Shown: positions 13,938 to 23,612, counted from the first letter of the stretch. The stretch: 63,248 bases of DNA from an uncultured virus (IMG/VR IMGVR_UViG_3300034684_000231) (IMGVR_UViG_3300034684_000231), one strand, 5' to 3'. The notes: a model not told the origin generated them from the letters alone. Made by a program: numbers and translations.

Positions 13938-15115
13938 CACAGTCTCTTAATCTACTCTTCCGCAAGTTTTGATCTAAACGTTTTGTTCAGTACTATGTTA
14001 GTGGATACATCAGATTCATACATCTTGTCGGCGACATAGATAAGTCCGTTTGTCTCGTTTTCTCTGTAATAAGTGTCAATTTGTTCAATGTCGCCAAGCA
14101 AGATAATCTTAGAACCGTAATCAATACGTGTGATAAATGTTTTTAATTCATGCGGATGAGTATTTTGTGCTTCGTCTATAATCACAATACTATTCTTAAT
14201 TGAACGTCCCCTGATGTTCTAGAATGATTGAATTTCAAGCTGCCACTCTTTGCCTTCCAACTAATTTTCGATCATTTGTTTGCCTTCATCACCAAGCAAG
14301 TATTCTATGTTGTCTATAATACCAGAAAACTGTTTGATTGTTTTCTCTTCAAGTGTGCCTGGTAAGTAACCATATCTATCTTTGCCACCGAGTTGTACAG
14401 GAGGTACAGCTATTATGAGCTTTTCATACGAGCCTGATTGAACAAGATGGATAGCACTCTAAATTGAAAGGAATGTTTTACCAGATCCTGCGGGGCCTAT
14501 ACCAACAACCATAGGAAGGCGTATATCGAAGATCTAATCAAGGAGCATAGTTTGTTCCATACAAAGAGGTTCTATCTTTTTGTCCCTTATTTTAAAGGAA
14601 ATCCTATCTATATATTCTATCTTGCCATTTACATACTTTCCTATTCGCGAGTTAATCCCGTCTGTAACTTTAACGTATGTAAACTCAGGCATATCAAGAT
14701 TGATTTCCATGCGATCTCCGCTGAGATCTTTATCTACTTGTACTGTTTTAATTGCTTCAAGGATATTTTCGGGACGTGTTTCTGTAAGAAGCTCAACCTT
14801 AACGTCGGCAACTTTCTATCTCATCTATAACTAAGTGTCAGATGTGTACAGTGTACCTTTATATATTTTTGCTACTTCTAATACAGATAGATCAGTTGTT
14901 TCGGCCATATCGTCAAATATAATTATTGCTCGTTTGTCAATCAGATCCATAATATCTCTTATCTACTTGATCTACCTATGTTTGGTTCTGTCTACTTCTT
15001 TCAACCTATCAAGCTCTGACAAAACGGAGAAAGTCGTGGCAATCTGTGTTTCGGAAGGAACGTTTTTGTGTGCTTGCAAAATGAAAGCTGATGTATCCAT
15101 TACCAAATACGACAT
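13937..15115 (-). CDS. phoH: PIN-PhoH (PhoH2-type) protein, 392 aa, TAG-recoded
   Basis: N-terminal PIN motif YLVMDTSAF; GIGPAGSGKTFLSI*SAI; GYLPGTLEEK; SF*NIRGRS; IIDEAQN; LLGDIEQID; RSKLAEE*IKRL then TGA. Confidence 0.92.
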
Positions 15116-15226
15116 ACAAACACCTCCATCGGCAAAGTCATTAGTAAATTAACTCCCCCCTGTTAATTAAATGGTAGATTGGTTAATTACCATCTTTACA
15201 CCTTCAAGAAAGGAGGGTAGATACCC

Positions 15227-15523
15227 ATGGCAGAGTTTTTGTACGCCGTTTTAGGATTTATAATCCCATTCATAACAGCGTATGCATTTTCAAAATTAAA
15301 TTCATAGAAAGCATAGGAATTGCTTACAGTACTTCTTAAAAAAGTACTTAAAGACGAAAAAGCATTAAACAAAACAACAAACACAGTAGGACTTGGGCTT
15401 ATAGATTTGGGAATATCCATAATCGAAAACACAGATCCAACAGAAGGACAAAAAGAAATTGAATTTGCAAAAGAACTTAGAAAATTTGTAGAAGAAAACG
15501 CAGGTAAATATCTTGATGTGTAA
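15227..15523 (+). CDS. Small membrane protein, 98 aa, 2 TAGs; possible holin
   Basis: SD AGGAGG, ATG at 15227; N-terminal TM segment FLYAVLGFIIPFITAYAF; joins ORF 15320..15523. Confidence 0.6.
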
Positions 15524-15673
15524 TTTGTGCAACTCTTGCCACAAGTTGCAAACATTGTACAGTTATCCAAAATCTTTACCTCTATAATTTAAGTGCAAAC
15601 AACAAAAAATGTCTTTGAGAAACTTTTACAGGTATTAAACCGTTCCGGCGAGGGCGGAATACCTATAAAGCGA

Positions 15674-15749
15674 GCAGGTGTATCTCAATTGGTAGAGCAG
15701 GTGATTTGTAATCATCAGGTTGGAGGGTCGAGTCCTCTAGCCTGCTCCA
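15674..15749 (+). tRNA. tRNA-Thr(TGT), degenerate
   Basis: Cloverleaf with GGTGA-TTTGTAA-TCATC anticodon arm and 3' CCA. Defects: G7:A66 mismatch, D-stem mismatch, T-loop GTCGA instead of TTCGA. Confidence 0.8.
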
Positions 15750-15750
15750 G

Positions 15751-15826
15751 GGGGGCGTAGCTCAATTGGGAGAGCTCCGGTCTCTAAAATCGGTGGTTGC
15801 GGGTTCGAGTCCCGTCGCCTCCACCA
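15751..15826 (+). tRNA. Amber-decoding tRNA (anticodon CTA) with tRNA-Ala identity elements
   Basis: Acceptor stem GGGGGCG/CGCCTCC gives G1:C72, G2:C71, G3:U70; discriminator A73; encoded CCA. Anticodon arm CCGGT-CTCTAAA-ATCGG with CTA at 15784-15786; canonical D and T arms. Confidence 0.95.
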
Positions 15827-16091
15827 GATCGGCAAGGTCATACAGTTTTTTATACATCTTTATTACCTCAACACATTCTAGACTTGTTCATTTAATCACC
15901 TTCTACCCGGGTAATTATACCCGGGTATTTTGTTAATTTAGATTAGACTGTGCCTTTTGCGGCCCAATATAATTTGTCTTGTCCGCGGTGACCAAGAGAG
16001 GCTTTAAGCCTCTCTTTTTTTGTTGCACAGTTATAATCTTGCTATATATGTACAATTTGCAATGAAATAACAAACAAGGAGGGGGTTTTGC

Positions 16092-16496
16092 ATGATGACA
16101 GCATTTAGAATTGTGAATATCATATTGGGCATATTTTCTGCTTACAAAATATTTGAAATAGTAAATTATCCTTTTGCATTTAGTTTTGGTGCAATTGCAT
16201 ATGCGATAATTGCATTAATCTTTCTTTTTGTTGGCTTTGCTTTGCCTTTTACAGACATTAAAAGATGGATTAAATATGTGGTTCGTCAAATCAAAGTTAA
16301 AAAAGAAATTAGAGAAGTATTAGAAGTTTTAATAGCGTTTCTGGTATTTCTTTTTGCTGGCATAGTATTAATAGCTCTAGTATTCATATACAAATGGATT
16401 ATTGCTATGCATCCAACGTTGTTTAATTCTATTGGTATATTTGCGTGGATAGGTTTAATCGCACTAATACTAATGAGATATTATGATGTTGATTGA
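16092..16496 (+). CDS. Membrane protein, about 4 TM helices
   Basis: ORF with SD and four hydrophobic segments. Confidence 0.7.
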   Translation: MMTAFRIVNIILGIFSAYKIFEIVNYPFAFSFGAIAYAIIALIFLFVGFALPFTDIKRWIKYVVRQIKVKKEIREVLEVLIAFLVFLFAGIVLIALVFIYKWIIAMHPTLFNSIGIFAWIGLIALILMRYYDVD

Positions 16497-16507
16497 GGAG
16501 GATTAAT

Positions 16508-16738
16508 ATGGATCGATTTGCTGAATTAATGTCGTTAATACAAGCAAGAATAAACGATATACAAAAAATGGGTGTAAAGGTACGGGCAGTTGTTAATATA
16601 ACGGCAAACGGACCAAAATATTTGATTGTAATTGATGATGATTACTATGGAGAAGTGGAATCTCTAGAACAAACAGAGGCGTTTTTGCATGGTTTTCGTG
16701 AAGCGTTAGGTTATATACGAAGAATTCAGGGGTGTTAA
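16508..16738 (+). CDS. Hypothetical protein
   Basis: SD GAGGAGG before the ATG of MDRFAEL. Confidence 0.6.
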   Translation: MDRFAELMSLIQARINDIQKMGVKVRAVVNITANGPKYLIVIDDDYYGEVESLEQTEAFLHGFREALGYIRRIQGC

Positions 16739-16807
16739 AGCCCCTTTTTCTTTTACAGTTATTAAACAGCTGGTAAATTAATATAATTTTGCAGGAGGTG
16801 ATAGCAT

Positions 16808-17098
16808 ATGACGCACTTGGATGCTTTGACAAAACTAGAGAAATTTATTATTGAAGACGAAAATTTACCTAATAAGAAATTGGATTTAACAGATAATGTT
16901 AGTGAAATAATTGTTGTATCTGCTCATCAATATTACAAATATGTGCTAGTTCTTAGAGATATCTTTATACCTGTTCCGTTGTTTAATCCAAAAATACAGT
17001 TTAAGATTGGTGATTTTGAAATCTCAGATAATAACATTAAGTTTTGGTATCAGTCAAACAAATATGAAACCACTTTTTCTCTCGAAGTACATATTTGA
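16808..17098 (+). CDS. Hypothetical protein
   Basis: ORF with SD GGAGG. Confidence 0.6.
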   Translation: MTHLDALTKLEKFIIEDENLPNKKLDLTDNVSEIIVVSAHQYYKYVLVLRDIFIPVPLFNPKIQFKIGDFEISDNNIKFWYQSNKYETTFSLEVHI

Positions 17099-17111
17099 TG
17101 GAGGTGTTTGT

Positions 17112-17744
17112 ATGGCATTGTTGGATATAGAGACTATTGACAGACTTAAAGGACTATTCGATGAAATTCAAGTACCAGTATCACTTTTTGTATTTGCAGG
17201 CGACACGGAATCAGACAAAATAACAAAACAACTTATGAAAGATATTGATGTTGCTAAGGACAAAGTAAGAATTTCTATATATGAATCGTCGCACGAACTT
17301 GCTAAAAACTATGTCGTTGAGCACACACCTGCAATTGTAATTGCAAACGAAAACGTAGATGATTTAGGTATAAGATACTATGGAACACCAGCGGGACATG
17401 AATTTGGAGCACTAGTACAAGCAATATTAATGGCAGGTAGCAGAGATGCGCCAGCAACTTCAAGCAAAGTAATGGATATAGATATGCATACGACAATCAG
17501 CATTTTTGTGACACCAAAATGTCCTTATTGTCCACAAGCAGTATTAACAGCATTTAAAATTGCGCTTGTAAATCCATTTGTTAAAGCAGAAGCTATAATG
17601 GCAAACGATTTTGAACAATTAAGTAGTGAATACGGGGTATCATCTGTACCACACGTTGTAATCAACAAAAACAAAAACACGTTTTTTGTAGGTTCGCATC
17701 CAGAGCCAATGTTCATAGAACATGTGGTTAAATTGAGTAAATAA
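17112..17744 (+). CDS. Protein disulfide oxidoreductase (PDO/AhpF-N-like, two thioredoxin folds)
   Basis: IRYYGTPAGHEFGALV, FVTPKCPYCPQAV, YGVSSVPHVVIN. The N-terminal fold lacks a CXXC. Confidence 0.88.
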   Translation: MALLDIETIDRLKGLFDEIQVPVSLFVFAGDTESDKITKQLMKDIDVAKDKVRISIYESSHELAKNYVVEHTPAIVIANENVDDLGIRYYGTPAGHEFGALVQAILMAGSRDAPATSSKVMDIDMHTTISIFVTPKCPYCPQAVLTAFKIALVNPFVKAEAIMANDFEQLSSEYGVSSVPHVVINKNKNTFFVGSHPEPMFIEHVVKLSK

Positions 17745-17819
17745 GGCGGAGCAAAATGCTCCGCTTTTTTAATAGTTATCTCCAGCTTATACTAGTACAA
17801 TATTGCTGGAGGTGATTAC

Positions 17820-17903
17820 ATGGATATCAAACAAGAAATTGAACAATTAAGAGCCGAAATCGAATATCACAATTACAGATATTATGTCCTTTTTAGATCC
17901 TAA
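17820..17903 (+). pseudogene. ligA: N-terminal fragment of NAD-dependent DNA ligase
   Basis: SD GGAGG; MDIKQEIEQLRAEIEYHNYRYYVL matches LigA domain Ia, then stops after 27 codons. Confidence 0.7.
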
Positions 17904-18139
17904 AGAAGTCGCAAAAAGAAAGCTTGATTCTTTTATTATTTGTTTTCATTTTGTGTATTTTGTTAATCGCCGTATTATTGATGACAATTATTTTGGCGCT
18001 GTTCGTTTTTGATATATTCAATGGTGCAATTAGTCATGATTTGGTTAGTGCTTTAATCATTCCTTAGTTGAGCAAAAGCGTAAAAATCAGCGGGGTTAGT
18101 CCCCGCTTTTTTGTTAATTAAGTGCTGATATAGCATATA

Positions 18140-18300
18140 AGCTACTTGTTGTAATTGTATATTTCTTATACAATTAATTGTTTAATGATTATGCATTTAA
18201 TTGCTCACTCTCTATACATTTAATTGTTCAATAGTTATATAATTGATTGTTCAAGCTTTATACAATTAATTGTTCAACTTTTATACATTTAATTGTATAA
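18140..18300. repeat. About 7 copies of a 23-bp-period TACA(A/T)TTAATTGT repeat
   Basis: TAATTG-like cores at 18152, 18175, 18198, 18221, 18244, 18267, 18290. Confidence 0.85.
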
Positions 18301-18320
18301 ACTAGCAGGAGGTGGCTAGA

Positions 18321-18665
18321 GTGAAAAAAGTATACGGAGTACATATAGTTTAGGAGTTATACGACGTAGATGCAGACCTATTAAACGATGGAGAATTTCT
18401 GGAAGAACTGCTCCTCGAATAGGCAGAAGAGTAGAATTAGACTATCGTCTACTCTCATTGGCATCCATTTGAACCGCACGGAGTGACATAGTTCGTAGTA
18501 TTAGCAGAGTCTCACATAAGTATTCACACATGGCCCGAGGATGGATATTAGAGTCTTGATGTATATACATGCGGAGATCACACGATGCCAGAAGAGGCAG
18601 TTGATTATATTATCAGCAGGTTGGGTTGCAAATAGAGTATTAAAACCATCAAACGAGGCGTATAA
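18321..18665 (+). CDS. speD: S-adenosylmethionine decarboxylase proenzyme, 114 aa, 7 TAGs
   Basis: SD AGGAGG, GTG start. [44 protein letters not shown], including the E|SH autocleavage site. Missing from the ORF track. Confidence 0.95.
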
Positions 18666-18746
18666 TCACAAAATAATAGAAAAGTATATTAAGCCCGCTT
18701 TTGTGCGGGCTGTTTTTTCATGTTATAATTTAACCGAGGTGAAAAC

Positions 18747-20069
18747 GTGGGAAAGTTAAAAGCTATCAAACCACATAGAACATTCTGGAAAAAGCTATTT
18801 GAATACGCATACAATTGCGGATCAGATGGCGTGTTTTCTGTTATCACGTCTATTGTCGTTACACCATCGCTAATTACAACAAATGATACTGTAAAATACA
18901 TTGAAAATAAAGTTAAGACAATTGATGTTATTGAAGAACAAATAGTATCACGCCCTCAATTTGCTATACCTCATATAAGGTATCTTGTTATGTATCTTAT
19001 GTATACTGCAGCGTTGTATTTACAGACTAACGAATTAAAAGATCCGGCAAATGTACTACATTTAATGTACGATCTTATTATGCAAGATTACAAAAAAGCA
19101 AATTATACAGAAGAAGATCTTGAAAGAATTGAAAAAGAAGGCAAATTACCAGAAGTTGATGCATTAAAAGCTATACCATATGATGTATATTTCTATGTAA
19201 AAGCCGTGCTTGAAAACGATAAAGAGCTGTTTTTCCTTATCTATAGCATAGAAACAGGAAATTATTATAAGATTGTGTCCAACATAGAAGGACAACATGC
19301 TATATATTTTGATCTACAATCTGAGACAGTTAGAAAGCAAATTGAACAACACATTAAAGATTTCTATGGCAGTGACGATGAAATGTTTAAGCAACTTAAT
19401 GTCAAAATAGATGGAGATAAAGCAATAATCAATAAAGACGTGCTTAAGCTTCTAATCACAAAATCAGATTTTGAATATATGAATGCAGTCAAAATGGAAA
19501 ATTTGTCCAAGTTGCTTCAGTACAAAGAAAATGCACATTACAAACAGTTAGAAACATATAGATCTATCATTGCTTCTCTGCAAAATCAAATTGAAGAACT
19601 CAAATTACAATTAGCAAACGAAGGCAAATCAAAAGAAAAAGAAATTATCTATGTTGATAACAGTGGAAAGTATGAGCTATTAATCCAAGACCTACAAAAC
19701 GAGCTTGCTGAAAAGGAAGAAGAAATACAACATCTTAAAAAGCTGCTAGCAATGGATCAAAAAGCAGAAGAAACAGATTACGAACCAAAATCATTTGAGC
19801 AGCCTGTATATATTAACTATGTTGGCTTAAAGAACAACGCTCTTGAAAACGAGTTGAGAAGATATAATGTGTTCATTAATTACTATTCGCCAACTGATAA
19901 GAATATAGAAATATCAAATAATTATCCGACGATTTTCAATATATCTGTTGCTTCACATGCTGTATTTGAGCGCATAAAAGAAAAACATCCACTGATAGTT
20001 TCTTTATCTAACGGAAAACTATTAGCAAAGAAAATAATGAGGTATTTAGAAGAGCAAATTGTTAATTAA
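18747..20069 (+). CDS. Hypothetical protein with coiled-coil region, 440 aa
   Basis: Long TAG-free ORF; heptad-rich central part. Confidence 0.8.
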   Translation: MGKLKAIKPHRTFWKKLFEYAYNCGSDGVFSVITSIVVTPSLITTNDTVKYIENKVKTIDVIEEQIVSRPQFAIPHIRYLVMYLMYTAALYLQTNELKDPANVLHLMYDLIMQDYKKANYTEEDLERIEKEGKLPEVDALKAIPYDVYFYVKAVLENDKELFFLIYSIETGNYYKIVSNIEGQHAIYFDLQSETVRKQIEQHIKDFYGSDDEMFKQLNVKIDGDKAIINKDVLKLLITKSDFEYMNAVKMENLSKLLQYKENAHYKQLETYRSIIASLQNQIEELKLQLANEGKSKEKEIIYVDNSGKYELLIQDLQNELAEKEEEIQHLKKLLAMDQKAEETDYEPKSFEQPVYINYVGLKNNALENELRRYNVFINYYSPTDKNIEISNNYPTIFNISVASHAVFERIKEKHPLIVSLSNGKLLAKKIMRYLEEQIVN

Positions 20070-20179
20070 ATTGAACCAGGTTCTGTTACAATTTGACAAT
20101 TCGGAAACAAAGTGTTACTATTGTAATGAGAAAAGTGTGTATAGGTGTGTATGTGTATATACACAAGGAGGGGTTAAAT

Positions 20180-20443
20180 ATGTCCAAAACAAGACACAAC
20201 ATAACAATAAGCGAAGAAAAATGGGCAATGTTATCATTATTAAAGAAAGCTTTAGATAAAAGTTATAGCGAACTTATAGAAGAAGCAATAAGTGAATATC
20301 TAGAGAATAGAAAAATAAATAAAGTTTATCTACAACTTATGTCAGCTCCATTTTGTGACAAAGAAGAAAACGAAGCACTTACACGCGAGCTTGATTCTTT
20401 AACAGAAGAAGATTTGGAAGTGGTAAAGGTTGAAGAATTATAA
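20180..20443 (+). CDS. Putative antitoxin (RHH/CopG-like N terminus, acidic tail)
   Basis: MSKTRHNITISEE...SYSELIEEAISEY; overlaps the start of the RelE-family gene. Confidence 0.75.
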   Translation: MSKTRHNITISEEKWAMLSLLKKALDKSYSELIEEAISEYLENRKINKVYLQLMSAPFCDKEENEALTRELDSLTEEDLEVVKVEEL

Positions 20444-20714
20444 ACTTGAATGGACAAAGAAAGCATATAAAGAATTCCAACAATTAGACCAAGAAAATCA
20501 GCAAAGAATACGCATAGAACTTCGGAACCTGGTTGATTACTATTGCGGAAACAATGAAGTAAAAATACCAGATGTAAAAAGATTAAAAGGCAAATATAAC
20601 GGCTTATTTAGACTTAGAGTTGGTAAGTATAGAGTTATCTTTAAGACAGAGTTGCACAAATTAGTTTTGCTTATAATCTCTATTGTTAAACGTGGAGATG
20701 TATATAAAAATTAG
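20430..20714 (+). CDS. relE: RelE/ParE-family type II toxin
   Basis: YKLEWTKKAYKEF, DVKRLKG, FRLRVGKYRVIF, KRGDVY; ends in TAG. Confidence 0.9.
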   Translation: MKNYKLEWTKKAYKEFQQLDQENQQRIRIELRNLVDYYCGNNEVKIPDVKRLKGKYNGLFRLRVGKYRVIFKTELHKLVLLIISIVKRGDVYKN

Positions 20715-20820
20715 AATTATATATATCAACACTATCGACCTCTTTGAAACCAGCACAACCCCCATAACTTTTAAGCATGGATGGTGTTGCGTTTAGCGGG
20801 CATAAAGCCCGCTTTTTTAT

Positions 20821-21006
20821 TTAATACTGTTTTGAATCAGTTGAATAGAAACCAGAGCCTTTGAATTTTACACCGACGCTTTTAGGCAGTCCTTTCTCCA
20901 TATCTGCCCCACACTCAGGACATTTTACCTCTTCGTCTTCTTTCCTGAGGACAATTACTTTTTCCTCATGTCCGCAGTTTGAACATACATACCTGTATAT
21001 AGGCAT
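20821..21006 (-). CDS. FmdB-family zinc ribbon protein
   Basis: MPIYRYVCSNCGH...CPECG...FKGSGFYSTD. Confidence 0.9.
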   Translation of the reverse strand: MPIYRYVCSNCGHEEKVIVLRKEDEEVKCPECGADMEKGLPKSVGVKFKGSGFYSTDSKQY

Positions 21007-21075
21007 ATTCACACCTCCTTAGCAGTTAATTATTGTTTGAAGATTTAGAATTGACAATCGAAGGAGGTTGATACA

Positions 21076-21297
21076 ATGAAATACTACAATGATAATGAAC
21101 CTGTTATATATGAACATGAACATATTGCAACATTTAGACATCAAATCAGAGAACTAAGTATCCAGATAGACTTTTTAAAAGAACGTGTGTTAGAAAAAGG
21201 ATTCATTCAAGCTTATAACGCTTTGGTTAGAGCACAAGCTGAATTATACAAAGCGCATGAATCTATAACTCTGCAAAAAAAGGAGAGTAAAGAATGA
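21076..21297 (+). CDS. Hypothetical protein
   Basis: ORF with SD AAGGAGG. Confidence 0.6.
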   Translation: MKYYNDNEPVIYEHEHIATFRHQIRELSIQIDFLKERVLEKGFIQAYNALVRAQAELYKAHESITLQKKESKE

Positions 21298-21974
21298 AGA
21301 TAGAAGAATGGCTTAAACAAGTAAACCACATGGTTGGGATTACATTCTACTCACGCAGATATATGGATGAATATTATCAATATTTAATTAACGTGGCAAA
21401 CAAATTAAACAAACATCCATATTTAAATTAGGTTGTGAATACATCGAATAATATTGAAACACCGTCGCTTGCAATAGTAAGTAATTTAATATGGATTGAG
21501 AATCCACATGAACCAAAAATGTTAGCAACTTTGATTTATATTCTTCCGTTTGCAAGATATGAATACATAGCTCCTGGAAAGCCAAAGTTGTATGTGAACA
21601 CAAGCGATAAGAGAAAGATAAAAGAAGCAGTTGAAAAAGCAATCAACGAACAGCAAGTAGTAGTATTTCAATCAATATCGATTTAAGGCCGGTGTTAATC
21701 ACCGGCTTTTACTATTTAGAAGGTTTGGCAAAAATCGCCTGTTTAAATCAAAAATAAGGCCTGTTTCAAGATGCTATATATGTAATTATATATTCCCCAA
21801 TGTTAACCACGCCTTATAATCGAAAATTCGAGGTCAATGTCATAAAACCGCATAAATAAAGGTTTCTCAAAGCCTAAATTTTGCAATATAAGTGCAATTA
21901 TATTGCATTAATATACTTACACCTAAAAATATGGGATCTATATGCAAAACAAATCGACATATTTAAATTAAACA

Positions 21975-22695
21975 TGTTATACAATTAATTGTTCAAAATG
22001 TATACATTTAATTATTTGTTTTGTATACTTTTAATTGTATATTTAATGTACATTTAATTGTTTATCATATGCATAATTAATTGTCTAAATATTGTACATT
22101 CAATTGTATATTGATTATACATTTAATTGTACATTATATAAACAATTAATTGTATAAACCATATACTTTAATTGTTTAAACAGTATACTTTAAATGTTCA
22201 ATACGTAAACTTTAATTGTATAATATATAAACATTTAATTGTATATTTAATGCACATTGAAATGTATATTTCTTATACATTTAATTGTATAAACAGTATA
22301 CATCAATTGTATATTCATTGTACAATTATAGACATAATCATTTTAAAAGCTTAATTGTTGAATTCTATTTAATTGTATAATTGTTATGCATTTAATTGTA
22401 TATTTTGTATACAATTAATTGTTTATTTATAATACACTTAATTGTCTAATTTGTATACACTAATTGTATATTTAAAATACTTTAAATGTCTAGATAATAT
22501 ACTCTAATTGTATATTTTATGTATATTTAATTGTTTATATAATGTACATTTAATTGTATAAATTCTATACATTTGATTGTTTAAGCTTTATACATTAAAC
22601 TGTTTGTGTTATATACAATTAATTGTTTAACTTGCATACAATTAATTGTCTAATACTCAAACTTTTAATTGTATAATTTGTATACAATTATAAAT
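21975..22695. repeat. About 30 copies of a 22-23-bp-period TATACA(A/T)TTAATTGT repeat (centromere/iteron-like array)
   Basis: Cores at 21986, 22009, 22032, 22055, 22078, 22101, 22124, 22147, 22169, 22191 and onward; palindromic core ACAATTAATTGT. Confidence 0.9.
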
Positions 22696-22735
22696 TTTTG
22701 TGGTATAATATGTGTGTCGTTAGGAGGTGGTATTA

Positions 22736-23335
22736 ATGTCAAGCAAATTTGATCCTACAAAAAGAATAGCTGAACATTTTGAACGAATAAAGAAAGCAGA
22801 TGAAGCAAAGAAGAAAAATGACGCAACTGATGAGACCGTTGATAATCTTGATGATTTGTTTTTGAAAACTGTTGAAAAAGGATATAATGCATACGGCAGA
22901 ATTCACGGGGTCGATGCAGAGGTATCTTTATTTGACAAAAAAGCTCCTGCTAAAGAAAGAGAACCGGTTAATGATACTGAGGCTCTATCTACAAAAGAGA
23001 TATTAAACAGAGTAAGGCAAACATTACAACGTCAGCATTTTATTCAAGCCTCGCAGTCTTATTTAGAGTATATTTATAAGAAAATGCTTGGAGTTAAACC
23101 TAGCAAGAACGATTTCTTTTATGCAATAGCCGTGCGTGATTTGGTGTCAAAGAGAGGGTTATATATAATAGACACCAGTAGAAATTTGGCAAAAGAATTA
23201 AACGTTTCAATCGGAACATTTTATAACGTAATCCTTCCTCGACTTACAGAACGAGTTGGTGCTCGCGTAAATACTACTAGAGGCAATGTCGGAAATATAA
23301 CAATAGATTTCAGCCAAATAATCGAGCAATCTTAA
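22736..23335 (+). CDS. DNA-binding protein with C-terminal winged HTH; candidate partition adaptor
   Basis: RGLYIIDTSRNLAKELNVSIGTFYNVILPRL; paralog of 24475..24807; lies between the repeat array and parA. Confidence 0.7.
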   Translation: MSSKFDPTKRIAEHFERIKKADEAKKKNDATDETVDNLDDLFLKTVEKGYNAYGRIHGVDAEVSLFDKKAPAKEREPVNDTEALSTKEILNRVRQTLQRQHFIQASQSYLEYIYKKMLGVKPSKNDFFYAIAVRDLVSKRGLYIIDTSRNLAKELNVSIGTFYNVILPRLTERVGARVNTTRGNVGNITIDFSQIIEQS

Positions 23336-23582
23336 TAAATCAACTCCATACTTTCATATACAACCTGTTACTACAATGACGCTGGTAAAAACCAGCGTCT
23401 TTTGTTTATTATTGGTTGTTGATCACAAAAACATGATTAAAACAAATAAGATTTTAGCATTATAAAGAACCGAATTTTATGTAAGATATAACGTTCACAA
23501 AACATTTATTTAAGAGGTTCGAATGTATTTTCAAAGTAACTAAAGCGTTGCGTTTTGTTATAAATTTATGACAAAAAACTAT

Positions 23583-23612
23583 TGACTTTCGAAACACAAA
23601 AATGTTAGAATA
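23583..23612 (+). promoter_or_regulatory. Sigma70-type promoter upstream of parA
   Basis: TTGACT and TGtTAGAAT boxes, about 18 bp apart. Confidence 0.55.

Noticed and set aside
1..15115. Late region interpreted as pseudogenes or sequencing errors
   Set aside because: Interruptions are TAG in a single frame with no frameshifts seen, catalytic motifs are intact, and a cognate CUA tRNA is present.
15751..15826. TAG=Gln (code 15), Trp or pyrrolysine
   Set aside because: TAG sites match conserved Ala or small residues; the tRNA has G1:C72, G3:U70 and A73 rather than Gln/Trp determinants; no tRNA-Pyl features or pyl genes are seen.
18541..18759. Track ORF of 72 aa
   Set aside because: Out-of-frame overlap with the recoded speD gene and its terminator.
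21975..22695. CRISPR array, and ORF 22172..22354
   Set aside because: The period is only 22-23 bp with ~9-bp linkers and degenerate repeats, and no cas genes are seen; the ORF is an artefact of the repeat.
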